From assembly GCF_963921235.1 (NCBI RefSeq), contig NC_086097.1, positions 184,700,001-184,764,000 of the forward strand: a DNA stretch of 64,000 nt, given 5' to 3'. The notes under the pieces were generated by a model. The model was not told the DNA's origin, did not search any database, and worked only from the letters and a program-made list of their open reading frames with translations. Origin of the DNA: Mobula hypostoma. Its lineage: Eukaryota. Of this stretch, positions 1 to 13,353 are shown piece by piece (the stretch's first letter is position 1; each line of letters begins with the position of its first letter). The position numbers and the translations under genes are program-made.

Positions 1-450
1 ATGAAAAGCATTTGATGGCTCTGGGCCTGTATTCTCAAGAATTCAGAAGAATAAGTGAATTCATTCCCTCATTGAAACATAATCGAATGGTGAAAGACCT
101 TGATGGAGTGTATGTGGAGAGGATATTTCATACGGTGGGAGAGACTAAGACCAGAGGACACAGCCTCAGAATAGAAGGGCATCCTTTTAGAACAGAGATG
201 AGGAGGGACTTCTTTAGCCAGCGAGTGGTGAATCTGTGGAATTCTTTGCCACAGGCAGCTGTGGAGGCCAAGTCTTTATGTATATTTAAGGCAGAGGTTG
301 ATAGATTCTTGATTGGTCAGGGCATGAAGGGATACGGGGAGAAGGCAGGAGATTGGGGCTGAGAGGAAACTGGATGGGCCAAACTGGTTTGGCAGAGCAA
401 ACTGGATGGGCCAAATAGCCTAATTCTGCTCCTATATCTTATGGTCTATT
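1..450 (+). mobile_element. CR1 LINE 3' fragment (ORF2 C-terminus and 3' tail)
   Basis: ORF 12-362 has TRGHSLRI...FFSQRVVNLWNSLP, the typical CR1 ORF2 C-terminus. It ends in the tail ...cctatatcttatggtct. Confidence 0.9.
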
Positions 451-2721
451 CAAGTACTTTGAGTGCTCTGTGCCAAAACACTTTCAGGTATTTCAATGTG
501 ATCTGCTCAGTCACATACTGTACTGAGTGACAACATCTCACCATACATCTCCAAGTTGACCCGTGGTGCAATCAAAACAACTGTTAAATTTATCTGTGCA
601 TGTATGTGCTGTTAATTCTTTTTTTCTGAGCACTTGTCTATATTGGTGTCCACTCTGTTTATTCACTTAATCATATTTAATTCCAAGGTGAATATCTACT
701 AAGTTTTGAAGATAGAGTAGCCTTCACTGTCTACCAATCATTCCTGTTGATTTAGCAGATAGCAAATACTTTAGAAACATTTGTATAAATCCTACCAGCA
801 GACAATAGTAATCAATGAATAACTTTCTATATAAATAGTGCTGAATCGTCATTGGGGGAGGAGATGGTGGGAGGGTGGGGGTAGTTAATCCTTCCTGCCA
901 CATGCTACTTGTGTGAGCTTGACTAAAGTATTGAGCTTCAATTACAGTGTTCTGGCAATAATTCACCATTGTACATTGAGAGGTTATGATTTGCAAAGGT
1001 GAACACATCAGCTACACTCTCACAGTGTATTTTTGACACATGAGAGAATGTGTGCAATGAACACAATTCTGAAACTATTCTGGGACCCCAAAGCTTATGC
1101 CAATGAACCAAATTCTGTACCTTTACTCTATGAGATAAAAACTTAAGATTTACTGAATCTCAATTCCTGACTTGGAGCAAGATAACTAAAAATCCAATCT
1201 GGAACCAGGTCTAAGGAATCTAATTTAAAATTGTCAGGACTCATTTTACCCTCCACAGCTCAACCTGTTATCTCCAAACTAATTCCTAATGCTGACTTGA
1301 AATAAACTCTTTCTCAAATTCTGATGTTATTTTGAGATTGCTCTGTTCCTGGATTGAATTAGGTTGCTAACACCAACCCGAATATTAATGCTTAGTGGCA
1401 TCATAGTGGTTTTATCTGCTATGCCTTCAAGGGGAAACCTTGTCAGAAAATTGCATTGAAAACCATGTCTTTGATCATCAATTATTCTCAGAGAAGAAAG
1501 AAACATTATTAAATTAGATGGTTCTTAATTCAGTCCTTATTCTTATTCTGTCATACCTTAAAGATATTTCTGGATTATTTTGTCTTCATTTGAAATTACT
1601 TTTGTGGAAATGATAACATTATTGAATAAAAACATAACTTAGATAGTCCTCTGCATTCTGCATTACATTTATGTGAGAGCCCTAATATTATTTACATCTT
1701 CACCGTTTATAATTATCCTCGTTATTTTTTAAATGGACATATGGTTTGCACTGACTTCAGCAACAGGAAACAATAGGTTGACTTTCTGTGTACGTATTAC
1801 TAATGTATATACTCCTGTAAGCTAGTTTCTGGTGAGTAACACAGAGTGTGTGTAAAACATAATGTGCAAAATACAAATGGTGCATCTTGAATTTAGAGTT
1901 TTTTTAGTGGGCTGCCCCCATGTGCTCAACACATATGATCAAATACAGCATTCAGTGATGCAACACCTTCTTAATTTCTCCCTTTCTAGTGGAATTATCT
2001 TAACTGATCCACTGGATTTCAATTTCTCTTTGGTGTAATGTACAGGTGTAATTTATAAATACCCAAAAAATGGTTTTAATGCATCATGCATCTCAGATTC
2101 TTTGAAGGTATCTCATCTTCACTGTCTTCAGTCAGGCTGTGGGTCAATTCTTCATCAACATTGGAGGACAGACTTCAGGAGTATATTCAAACTCAATGTT
2201 CATTTACGTATCTCTTGCTAATCTTGTGCTGAAATTAGGTGGACTATATGACTCTTTCTGCTCTTTCCTTTGGTCTTTCAGATTTTAAAGCTTGGAACTG
2301 TACACTTCACAATCTCTTTGATGTTCTATTTTTTATCACTGACCTTACCATGGAATCTGGACTTCTCCTGTATCAAATGTTTCTGCATGATTGAATGCTA
2401 AGCTGAAGTTTGATGTAGATTGAAGCTCAAAGGAATATTATGAGTCATTGTTTCAGAAGTGCTCCATGATTCTTTTTAGTGCCTTTTTCATTTACTTGCT
2501 GGCCATTCGGTTCTCTTAGGATGTGAAGTTTGATCCAATTTTATTTCACAAACTATTCCAGGAAGTTATCAATGCCTGCAGTAATCTCTGTGGATGATTG
2601 GAGAAGGCCCCTTTTACTTTCACATTTGGAAATGGAATCACCATCTTTAGCAGATTGTGCACTTGTTGGCTCATCTTTCCAGCTCCTTGTCTTTGCTAGA
2701 GAAAGGTATTGCTAGATTAGG

Positions 2722-2812
2722 TATGAAGGGTCTTGGTGGCCTGAAATGTTGAATGTTTAATCATTTCCATAGATGCTGCCTGATCTGCTGAGTCCTTCCA
2801 GCATTTTGTGTC
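2722..2812 (+). mobile_element. Short PLE 3'-end fragment with decayed hammerhead motif
   Basis: atgaagggtcttggtggcctgaaatgttgaatg...agatgctgcctgatctgctgag matches the 3' end of the PLE at 45414-45545. Confidence 0.7.
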
Positions 2813-5602
2813 TGTTGATTTACGTCCCATCTTCCATCTTGTGTAGCATTCCCTTCCTTACAAAGTTTATAATAGATCTTTATAAAGAAAATTTCCATGT
2901 TAACTGTGCACACTGGTCTGAGTTTGAGTTTCATTGCTTCAAAGCCATCCCACTGAAGTGAGTGAGGATGGTTTTCAGGTTCACCCTACTACTGAATAAC
3001 AGTTGCTTCTGTAACTCCTGGAGCAATGCTGAAAGAAATTTCATGATCTCACAAGATATGTATCTCAAGGTATACATTTATCTCCATACTCCCGCATGCA
3101 GATTCTCAAAGAGTTTTTTTTTGTGTGTATACTGAGGTCAGAGTTCTTTAGTTAAAGCACCACTCATCAGGAAAACAAACTTCGATAGCCCCCTCAAAAT
3201 TTCAAGAAAAGCTGCCAATCTGACAATATTTCTCATAATGTCGCATCCTAATTCTCATATTCATCTAGAATCTTAAAGCATCTATTACAAGGGAACTTTC
3301 TAAGACTACATACCAATGCACAAATCCAATTGTGAAAGTTAAAATTAAAAAACTTCATTTTGTTCTTAAATTATGAGGCACAACTGTTCACTTACACTGA
3401 ATGCTGATATACACAATATCACAGGTTTAAGTGTTGACAATATGGATTTCTACTGAAAATTTTATTGATATTTAAGAATATCATCAAATTCTACTTCTGC
3501 AGAGTGAGTGTAGAGAGATACAGGTATGAACGGGATAACCAATTGCTGCACAGATCACTCAATCTACTTGTATTCCAGGACTGGAGTAACATATAAACTG
3601 AAGTATTTTCTTGCATGAAGACAATCAATTGTGTTTTTAAACAATGTGTTTGCTAGTTCACAACTCACAGCAGACTTTACTGATTCAGCTTCCCTTAAAC
3701 AAATTTGAATTCTCGTCCTCTGGAATATCTGACCACTTCATAAGCAAAGGTTATGACCATTATTCCTGTTCTCATTCAGAACATCTGGGGCAGCTTCTCT
3801 TAAGAAATTGGTATTATGCACTGGTATTATGGTGGTGCCTTTAGGGGATCTGCAGAGGTTGCTCTGTAAATGCTGACTGAATCCTATATTTGCAAAGTTA
3901 GGCGACCTAGTAATTGCTTTGCGTTGCTGCTGTGGTTCAAAATATTTCTAACTAAAAGAAGATATATTTTCAATTCCTATTGTAATTGTAAAATTTGTTA
4001 TTTTTACAGGGAAACAAGTTGTTTATTACATGATATCCAAAGTCAGTGATTTTCCTTCCATGTTCTCCCAGTGCACAATGCATATGCAATGATATCCATG
4101 CATACAATACAGAAGCAAGCCTTCTCTAAGAATGTGAAGCTTATTTGGTGAAACCTGCCTATGCATTTCACATGACCCTTGCATCTGGTGCAGTCAAACA
4201 GAAGCAGGTAGATGTCTTTCAAATAAAAGACCATTAATTCTATATCTCCGGTTATTTTTACTTCAGCTTTCTTTTGCATTAATATACTTTCCCCATTTTG
4301 TTGTTTTTTCCATGCTCATCAGAATATTTATTGTTATATTTATTACAAACCATGGGTACTGTTTATTCTGTGAGCTTCAGGCAAACGAAGACAATCATTG
4401 CACCCTGGTGTATATGAAAGTAAATGAATTAGAATCTGAATCTGATCCCTCACCAAATTACCTAAAAACGTTGATATTGATTCCTAAGGACTATAAGCTA
4501 CCCAGCTGAAAGATGAGGTGTCGTTCCTTAAGCTAATTTTGGCCACAATTGAAGAGTGTAGCAGATCATTGATAGATAGGTCAGTATAGGCAAGGGACAA
4601 AAAAATTAAAAGTGTGAAGTGACAGAAGCTCAGTATCACCCCTGCAGACTGAACCTAGGTGCCCCACAACGTAGCTCTCTATTTTTCATCTGGTTTCTTC
4701 CAATATTGAAGAGGCCATATTATGAGCAAAAATTGCAATGGTTTAAATTGGAAGTCTGGTTACCACGTTATAAGAAAGGCATTATTAAGTTAGAGAAGCA
4801 GCAGAAAAGATTCACAAGGATGTTGCCTGGATTATAAGGAGAGATTAGAAGAGCTATGTCTCCAGGAATGTGGCTCTTTTGCTCTTTTTTCCATGGGTTT
4901 CTTTAACTATTTGGCTTCCCTTCTCCTTCACCAGTTTAGCTGGAAAACCATTGATGCATCTTTAAAGCCTAACATTATACACAGCACAAAAGGCAATCTT
5001 GTGCCTGGCTAACATCAAGACTTGTCACATGACTTACATATGCAATCCTGTGTAACTCGTTCAAGAGATTGAGCAACAAATCTACAAATATCTGCTGATC
5101 CCCTCACAAAGCCTGGGTGCAGGCCACATCCTGCTGTTAAGATTTGCTTTCATGTTCATGGTCCATGCAAGTTGTTAATTAACTATCTGTGATTCAGTTG
5201 CACAAGGGAATGGCAGCTTGGCATCGCATTTGGATGGATGTCACCTGTATGTGCTCTACATGCTCCAGGTGTCATATGTAAGAAATAGATGATGAATTAC
5301 CTTAATCAATAGCTATTATTTAGCACTCAAAAATCTATGACGTGTGTGGTGGAAATTTTGTACTTTTTTTACACTACTGTTTGGATTACACGAAGTTGAA
5401 TTATTCATTTTAATAATGTTGCACCTATGAATTCAGCCGTTCTAGTTTCCCTCATGACTTCGGAACAGTTGATGTCAACTGATTTTCTATCCAATTCACT
5501 CTCTCGTGTCACTTTAATATTTTAAGCCTGTGAATTTTAAGCTTGTTAAATAATCACATTCTCACAATTCACATGTTTCAAAGCTACATTATTCAATGCT
5601 AT

Positions 5603-5800
5603 AAACACAAGAGATTCTGCAAAAGCTGGAAATCCAGAGTAGCGCATACAAATTTATGGAGAGGAATAAATAGCTGATGTTTCAGGCTAAGGACCTTCAT
5701 CAGGCTGAGTCCTAATGAGGGGTCTCGGCGTGAAACGTTGACTGTTTACTCGTCTCCATCGATGCTGCATGATTGCTGAATTCCTCCAGCACTGTGTGTA
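5603..5800. mobile_element. Short fold-back element made of two inverted PLE 3' ends
   Basis: Minus arm 5603-5705 and plus arm 5706-5800 both match the PLE terminus. They meet at ccttcatcaggctgagtcctaatgagggg. Confidence 0.75.
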
Positions 5801-7364
5801 ATTTTTCACATTATCAAAGTCAGCAGTGTAGTTGATGCTGAGGAAAAAAAATCTAAGTTTCAGAGAGACATCAATTGGTGTTAATTCCTTTTCCCTCTTC
5901 ACAGCCTGGCTTGCCGAGTATTTCCAACATTTTCTATATTGATTTTAGTTTTCGTTCTTTTGAACATTTAAAAAAATACCAGAATGGGTACTTGGAGAAC
6001 AATGACATAGAAATAACTAAAGTAGCTCCAGTTTTAACCAACATCTTAAACATGGAGCTCAGACAGTGCATTAAATTTTGATGATCTTTAACGCAATGAC
6101 TGCACAGAATGTGCACATTTGCTTTACTAGATTTGGTTTTATGAAATGATCGTTAAAATATGCATGGTAAGAAAATGTAACTCTATTTTTCACCTTTTTA
6201 AACATGGTACTTCACACTCATATGCTGTATTAGAATTAAGATTAGATTTAGTCTATGAACATGATTGGAATTATCACCTAGGTAATTCCAATATAAATGT
6301 GAGCTGTAACCTAGATAAATCTACATTTGGAATTTCCAGTTTCATTCCTTGAATTATTCCAAAGCCTTCACAAATGCTTTCTCAGTAAAGTGTAATGAAT
6401 AGAATCCAGTCAACTTCCACTAAAACAATGACAGTGAATCTTTTCCAATAGCTTGCCGACTGTAGTTGTACCGAAGATGGAGTTTAGAGTTTAAAGTTCA
6501 GCTAACACTTCTTAATGACTTCACAATTTGTCAAAAATAGTAGTCTCTTAAATACATTATTAGGTGCAGAAGTGTGCTATAAATAAAATCAGCACAATTT
6601 AAAGTCCAAACCTTTTTCAGGACCTTGACTTGAAACATTAGGCCCTGTGAAGGAAAAGGACATGCATTTTTGCAGTGGCTATCACATATCAGATGGCTCC
6701 AGAATACAGTCAATTACTTTGAAATGCCATCACAATTGTTAATATTCACAGTATATGTTTCCAGGCATAGAGCAGAATTTCATGATTAATTGGCCCTGTC
6801 TAACTCTGTACAGCTTAATCAATTAATGCATTATTTATTGATCTTTTTGTCATGTCTCCTGCTGCCTTCTATGCCAGTTCAATTTCAAAAAGAGTAACAT
6901 GGAAAGATGTTGAAGGGTCACTTGTCCATCTTTAGATGTTGTTTAATGAGAAAGAGAGAAAATAGTCATCAATGATTATTTGAATATTTAAACTATTGCT
7001 TGTCTTGTACAAATAAATGTTTTAAGTTAATAGAGTAAAAATTTATACTGCAGAGATTTTGCATTCTTCCCATTGTCATGTTTAGACTTTGAATTTCTAA
7101 TCTTCCTAATATTTCATTGCATTCATATTTCTCAACTGTGTCTAGATACTCCAATAATAGAATAGGCCACATTTTTAGCTTGCCAAGTTATCATTATTTT
7201 GTTTTATGTTATTATATTTTAAACATATTCTTTATGTGGATTGTATTTTAATGGAATTATGGAACACAGTCAGGATGCTCACATCATTGCTGTCTAGCAG
7301 GCAACTAATGAGGAACAGTATACACCATCAACTTCACCTTTATTAAAGGCCCTCCTTAATAAAG

Positions 7365-7700
7365 GAGGCCTTCTCTTTGCCTTTTCCCTGTCAGTCTATC
7401 TTCTGTTTATGCAAATATATTTCCTGTAAAACTATTGGCATTTATCATGTTTAACAGTCTCATATATGGTACCTTGTCAAAGGTCTTCTGAAAATCCAAG
7501 TAAACAATAGATTTTCCAGGCAAGATTTCCTATTAAGGAAGCCATGCTGACTTTAGTCTATTTTATGATGTGCTTCCTAGTACCCCCAAAATCTCATCCT
7601 TAATAAAGACCTAACATCTTTTCAACCACTGAAGTCAGGCTAACTGGCCTATCATTTCCCATCCTTTGCTTCCCTCTCTTCTGAAAAAGTGGGAATGTCC
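7365..7700 (-). mobile_element. CR1 RT fragment
   Basis: The reverse complement contains ggccagttagcctgacttcagtgg (RPVSLTSV) and ttggattttcagaagacctttgacaagg (LDFQK(A)FDK). Confidence 0.8.
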
Positions 7701-7709
7701 TATGCAATT

Positions 7710-8800
7710 TGTCAAGGTATCACAGGAAAGATACAATCATTGACAAAAAAAATTGCTGACTGGTAGGAGGCAACAAGTGTGAATAAAGGGGGCTTTTTCT
7801 GATTAGCTATGGAGGATTAGTGGTGTTCCCCAATGGGTCGGTGTTGGGGCTGCTTCTTTTCACGTTCTATGTCAATAACTCAAATGACAGAATTGATGGG
7901 TTTGTGTCCATGCTTACGAACAATAGGAAGATAGGTGGTGGGGCAGGTAGTGTTGAGGAGTGAGGGAATGTGCAAAAGGACTTAGATAGAGAAGGCAATG
8001 AGCAAAGAAGCAGCTGATGAAACATAGTACAGGAAGGTATACGGTCATGCACTTTGGTAAATGAAATAAAGGTGAACACAATATTCTAAATGGAGAGAAA
8101 ATTCAGAAATCAGAGGTTCAAAGAGATTTGGGAGACCTCATGCAGGACTCCCTAAAGGTTTATTTACAGATTGAGTTGAGATAAGGAAGGCAAATGCAAT
8201 GTTAGCGTTCATTTCAAGAAGACTAGAATATAAAAGCAAGGATGTAATGCTAAGGCTTTATAAAGCATTGGTCGGACCACGCTTGGAGAATTGTGAACAG
8301 TTTTGGAATCCTTACTTCAGAAAGATATGCTAGCATTGGAGAGGGTCCAAGTTGAGAGTGACAAGCATGACCTGGGAATGAAAGTATGAGGTGAGTTTGA
8401 TTACTATGGGCCTGCACTCACTGGAGCTTAGAAGGCAGAGGGGCAGCTCATTGAAACCTATCAAATATAGATAGACTAGACATGGAGAGGGCATTTTTAG
8501 GGTGTGGGTGTTTAGGACCAGAGGGCACAGTTTCAGAATACAAGGACGTCCCTTTAGACAAAAAAAAGACAAGATGAGAAAAAATTTCTTTAGCCAGGTA
8601 GTGGTGAATCTGTGAAATTCATTGCCTGCTAGGGAGGCCAAGTAATTGGGGATATTTAAAGCATTGGGTGATAGTTTCTCAATTAGGAAGACCATGAAAG
8701 TTTATGAGAAAAACACAGGAAAATGGGGTTAGATGGATAATAAATTAGCCATGATTGAATGGCAGACCAGTCTTGATGAGCTGACTGTCCTAAAACTGTT
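7710..8800 (+). mobile_element. 5'-truncated degenerate CR1 (RT to 3' end)
   Basis: agtggtgttccccaatgggtcggtgttggg (SGVPQGSVLG-like) plus the TRGHS and QVVVNL-type C-terminal motifs. Many stops and frameshifts. Confidence 0.85.
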
Positions 8801-8801
8801 C

Positions 8802-9160
8802 CATAGAAACATAGAAACATAGAAAATAGGTGCAGGAGTAGGCCATTCGGCCCTTCAAGCCTGCACCGCCATTCACTATGATCATGGCTGATCATCCAAC
8901 TCAGAACCCTGTACCAGCTTTCCCTCCATACCCCCTGATCCCTTTAGCCACAAGGGCCATATCTAACTCCCTCTTAAATATAGCCAATGAACTGGCCTCA
9001 ACTATTTCCTGTGGCAGAGAATTACACAGATTCACCACTCTCTGTGTGAAGAAGTTCTTCCTAATCTCGGTCCTAAAAGGCTTCCCCTTTATCCTCGAAC
9101 TGTGACCCCTCGTTCCGGACTACCCCAACATCGGGAACAATCTTCCTGCATCTAGCCTGT
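8802..9160 (-). mobile_element. Young CR1 3' end inserted in the tail of an older CR1
   Basis: (catagaaa)3 octamer tail. The reverse complement reads FFTQRVVNL. CpGs are retained. Confidence 0.85.
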
Positions 9161-9174
9161 GTCTTATGATCTTC

Positions 9175-11470
9175 CTGCAACATCTAGCTTACCTTTATAT
9201 TTCATCTTTTCTCTCCTTATGATATTTAGTTGCCTTCAGTTGTTTTTTAAAATTTTCACAACCCTCTAACTTCCACTATTTTTTGCTATATTATATGCCC
9301 TCTTGTTTGATGTTTTTGACTTCCCCTGTCTGCCACAGTTATATCATCTTTTTAGAATATTCCTTCATCTTTGTGATGTGTCTTACCTGTCCTTCCTGAA
9401 TTGCTCCCAGAAACCAATTTCCTTCGGGATCAATAAAGTATGACTATGACTATGAAACGCTAGCCATTGCTGTTCTGCCGTAATCCTCGCTAGTGTCCCG
9501 TTCCAATCAAAGTTGGCCAGCTCTTCTCTCGTACCTCTGTAATTCCCCCCCTCTCCAGTTTACTACTGATATATCTGACTTTATCTTCTCCATCTCAAGC
9601 TGAAGGGTGAATTCTATCATACTATGATCACTGCCTCCTAGGGGTTCCTTTGCCTAAAGCTTCCAATCACATCTGTTCCATTATATCAAACCCAATCCAA
9701 AATTGCCTTTTCCCAGTTGGCTCAACCACAAGTTGCTCTAAAAAGCCATCTCATATGCATTCTACAAATTCCATCTCTTGGGATCCAGCACCAACCTGAT
9801 TTTCCCATTCTATCTGCATATTGAAATCTCCAGTGACTATCACAGTATTGCCCTTTTCACACAATTTTTCTATCTTCTGTTGTAATTTGTACCCCACATC
9901 CTGGCTTCTGTTCAGAGGCCTGTATATAACTCCCATAAGGTCTTTTTACCCTTGAAGTTTCTTAACTCTACCCACAAGGATTCTACACCTTACAATCCTA
10001 TGTCACCTCTTTCTAAGGATTTAATTTCATTTTTTAGCAACAGAGTCACCCTACCCCTTCTGCCTACCTGCCTGTCCTTTTGATACAACGTGTATCCTGT
10101 GACGTTAAGCTCCCAACTATGATCTTCTTTCAGCATCAACTCAGTGATGTCCATATGTCATACCTGCTAATCTCTAACTGCACCTCAAAATCATCTACCT
10201 TATTCTGTATACTGTGTGCATTCAAATATAACACTTTCAGTCCTCTATTCATCACCCATTTTGATTTTTCTCCCATGTTACAGTTCAAATCATTGTACTG
10301 ACTGTAATGTTGCCCTATCATCTGTTTGACCTTTCTCACTGTCTTACTACACATTTCATCTATTTGTATACCAACTGACCCATCCTCAACCTATACCTCA
10401 GTTCTCTTCCCCCTGCTAAATTAGCTTAAACTCTTCCAACAGCTCTAGCATGTCTGCCATAAGGATATTAGTCCCCCTTGGGCTCAGGTGTAACAAGTAA
10501 CTTTTGCATAGGTCAGACTTTCCTCAAAAGAGATCCCAATGATCCGGAAATCTGAAACCCTGATCCCTGCACCAAGTCCTCAGCCATGCATTCATCTGCC
10601 AAATCATCCCATTCTTACCCTCACTAGCTCGTGACACAGGCACTAATCCAGAGATTACTATCCTGGAGGTCCTGCTTTTCAGATTTCTACCTAATTCCCT
10701 GTATTCTCTCTTCAGGACCTCCTCCCTTTTGTTATCTATGCTGGTGGTACAAGTATGTACCAGATGTTTTGGTTGCTCACTCTTCCCCTTTAGAATGTTG
10801 TGGTCTCAGCCCAAGACATCCCCGACTCTGGCAATTTCCTGTCCACAGAATCTCCTCTCTGCTCCTCTAACTATGGAATCCCCTATCACTACTGCTCTCC
10901 CCTTCTCCCCCCACCCCTCTAAGCCACATTGGTACTGAATTGGGCTGAGACCTGACCACTGTGGCTTTCCTCTGCTAGATCATCCCCTCCAACAGTATCC
11001 AAAGTGGTATACTTGTCTTTGAGGGGAATAGCCACAAGGGTATCCTACACTAGCTGCCCATCCCCTTTGCCCCTCCTGATAGTCCTACATTTACCTGTTT
11101 CCTGCACCTTGGGTGTAGCTAACTCCTTGTATGTGTAGTCGATCAACTCAGCCTCCTGAATGATCTGGAGTTCATCGGATTCCAACCCCAATTCTTTAAC
11201 ACCATCTGAAAGAAGCTGCAGCTGGGTGCACTTCTATCAGGTGTAATCGTCAGGAACACTGGAGGTCTCCCTGCCTTCCCACATCCTTCAAGAGAAGCAT
11301 TCCACTATCCTGCCTGGCATCCCCACTGCTCTAACTGTGCAATAAGAAAGAAAAAGATAGATCAAGTTTTTAAAATCTACCTATCGCTTTGGCCTCTCCT
11401 CATCACAGCCTCTATGAGCCAAAGCCCCAACTCCCTACTCTAACAATGGCCCACTCACACAATGGCCATT
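9175..11470 (-). mobile_element. CR1 5' half: 5'UTR, ORF1 and APE endonuclease (degenerate)
   Basis: Minus strand near 11310-11150 reads VECFS*RMWEGRETSSVPDDYT**KCTQLQLL (CR1 ORF1 Zn-finger/zipper). ORFs 10136-10354 (LYLNAHSI) and 9751-9936 (GVIYRP...GDFN) carry APE motifs. Confidence 0.85.
9415..9453 (+). mobile_element. 39-nt extreme 3' remnant of a Rex1-like LINE
   Basis: ttccttcgggatcaataaagta(tgacta)n, flanked by gaaac (9410-9414 and 9454-9458). The same terminus occurs on the minus strand at 51665-51705. Confidence 0.65.
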
Positions 11471-12259
11471 CCCACAATGGCTGTTTTGCTTGAACCTAAA
11501 TTTTCTATATTGTCGAGTGCTTAATTATGCACAATTAAACATCTCTTCAGGAACTGTGGCACTATATTGACTCCACTAGTACACTCTGAGTACTGTAATA
11601 CTGTAGTACTGTAAAATGGGAACTGTTGGCCTCTACAAAAAGGAGTTACTGTTTATTCTTTTTTTTATTTTGGTGGATCGAACAAATTGATTCTCGACTG
11701 CTGAATATCCTTTGAAGGTGGTCTGAGATGCTGTTTAGTTTGCTGCCAGTTAACCAAGATACCACTTGGGATGCTAGATGCTGCTTCCGAGGAATACGAT
11801 CCTTCCTCCCTAAAGAAAGAGACTTTTGTAACAACCATATTATGTTCATCTTCCTTTGAAAAACAAGCTCTGGTAATCACAATGCAAATCAAATTTATTC
11901 ACCTGGGATACAAGCAGAATGCTATTGAGTATATTTTGTAATATTTTTAAACTCGTTTATGATGTCCTTATTTCTGTTTGCTACATTGTTCATTAGAGAG
12001 ATTGAACTTAATATCTATTATGTACAATAGGGAATGCTAATAGATGGAAGCAACTTCTTGGTGTTTTTTGTGCTTCTTATTGAATGCTCCTACTCTCTGG
12101 CTAATGGAGAATTAGATACAACTGCTAATGTACAAAACATGGCATATTAATGGGATTGCTTTAGGTGTAATTCTTTATAGCATAGTTTCTTAATGTATTT
12201 CCTCAATAAATGTTTTTCCTGTCCTATGTGATCAAGAATGTTCCATCAATCATTTGTTT

Positions 12260-12598
12260 CGGCATAGAGGTGTAGCAGTTAGCGCTGCTGCCTTGAAGCT
12301 TGAAGGACCGAGGTTTAATTCTGACCTCTGGTTCTGCCTGTGCAGAGTTTGCATATTCTCCACTTCATCACATACGTTTTCTCCCGTATCCCAAGGGTGC
12401 ATTCGTAGATTAATTGGCTACAGTGAATTCCCTTAACAGGTGCTAGAAGAATCAAAGGGAGTTTGATGGGCATGAGAGAGAGAAAAGAAAGTTGCAGGGT
12501 TACAGGGAAATAATGAGAGCAGGAATGGGGCAGATTGGTTTGTTCTTGTAGGAGCTGGCACAGACTCGATAGTCTGAGTAATCTCCTTCTGCACTGTA
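12260..12598 (+). mobile_element. tRNA-derived SINE (HE1/V-SINE-like) with CR1-like tail
   Basis: A-box-like ggtgtagcagttagcgctgctgcc, B-box-like ggtttaattc, V-domain-like ctgtgcagagtttgcatattctcc, and a 3' end resembling CR1. Confidence 0.75.
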
Positions 12599-13121
12599 TT
12601 TGTTAATTGTTAAGAAAGTCACATCTTAAATCTCAGTGAAATTAACTAATTGATTTCAAATGCACCGTGGGGTCATCTGAAATAAGGATTCAAAGGCAAA
12701 GATAACATTAAACTACTTCATATTGAATCTTCCATAGGAAACTTGTGCAGCATTTGCCTATAGTGTAGAATGTGTATGGTTATTCCTGACCTCAATAACC
12801 CTCTAGATAATTACCCAATGTGATGAAGCATGAAAATAGGAAATTATTTCCAAAGAGAAAAAAAATATGTAGCTGGTCACTCAGCAGCTCCATAGACAAA
12901 ACAAAGTTAACTATAAAACTTAATTTGTAGTGTGACTTCAATAAAGGGCACAACTGTAGCCTTAAGCAATTCCAGGAGATAGACAGAGATGTTGTAAACC
13001 AGGCACCCCTAACATTATCCAGTAAGGCTTCAGGAAGAACCCTTTTGAACAATGGGTTAATGGGAGAATCAAAAAGAAATATCTTGCATTAGAGTACTTC
13101 ATCCAAATTCAGTCTTAGACT

Positions 13122-13353
13122 CACACATAAAAGTTGCTGGTGAACGCAACAGGCCAGGCAGCATCTCTAGGAAGAGGTGCAGTCGACGTTTCGGGCCGAG
13201 ACCCTTCATCAGGACTAACCTGTTAGTCCTGATGAAGGGTCTCAGCCCAAAACGTCGACTGTACCTCTTCCTAGAAATGCTGCCTAGCCTGCTGCGTTCA
13301 CCAGGAAATTTTATGTGTTGCTTGAAATTTCAGCATCTGCAGATTTCTTCGTG
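13122..13353. mobile_element. 232-bp near-perfect fold-back PLE-derived element with 14-bp TSD
   Basis: Arms 13122-13219 and 13222-~13319 are inverted around ct at 13220-13221. TSD ttcagtcttagact at 13108-13121 and 13354-13367. Confidence 0.92.
13180..13217 (-). ncRNA. Minimal type I hammerhead ribozyme motif (intact core)
   Basis: Minus strand: tagtc CTGATGA agggtctcggccc GAAAC GTC gactg. Conserved core, stem I agtc/gact, stem II ggg/ccc, palindromic ACGU in place of stem III. Confidence 0.85.

Noticed and set aside
7337..7365. 10-bp hairpin cctttattaa/ttaataaagg as a terminator
   Set aside because: No prokaryotic context. It lies at a CR1 break and is likely a repair by-product.
12260..12335. 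tRNA gene
   Set aside because: Only decayed A/B boxes, continuing into a SINE body. No cloverleaf.
13122..13353. The hairpin as a DNA-transposon MITE or pre-miRNA gene
   Set aside because: The arms are PLE 3' ends of unequal length, and the 14-bp TSD fits target-primed retrotransposition.
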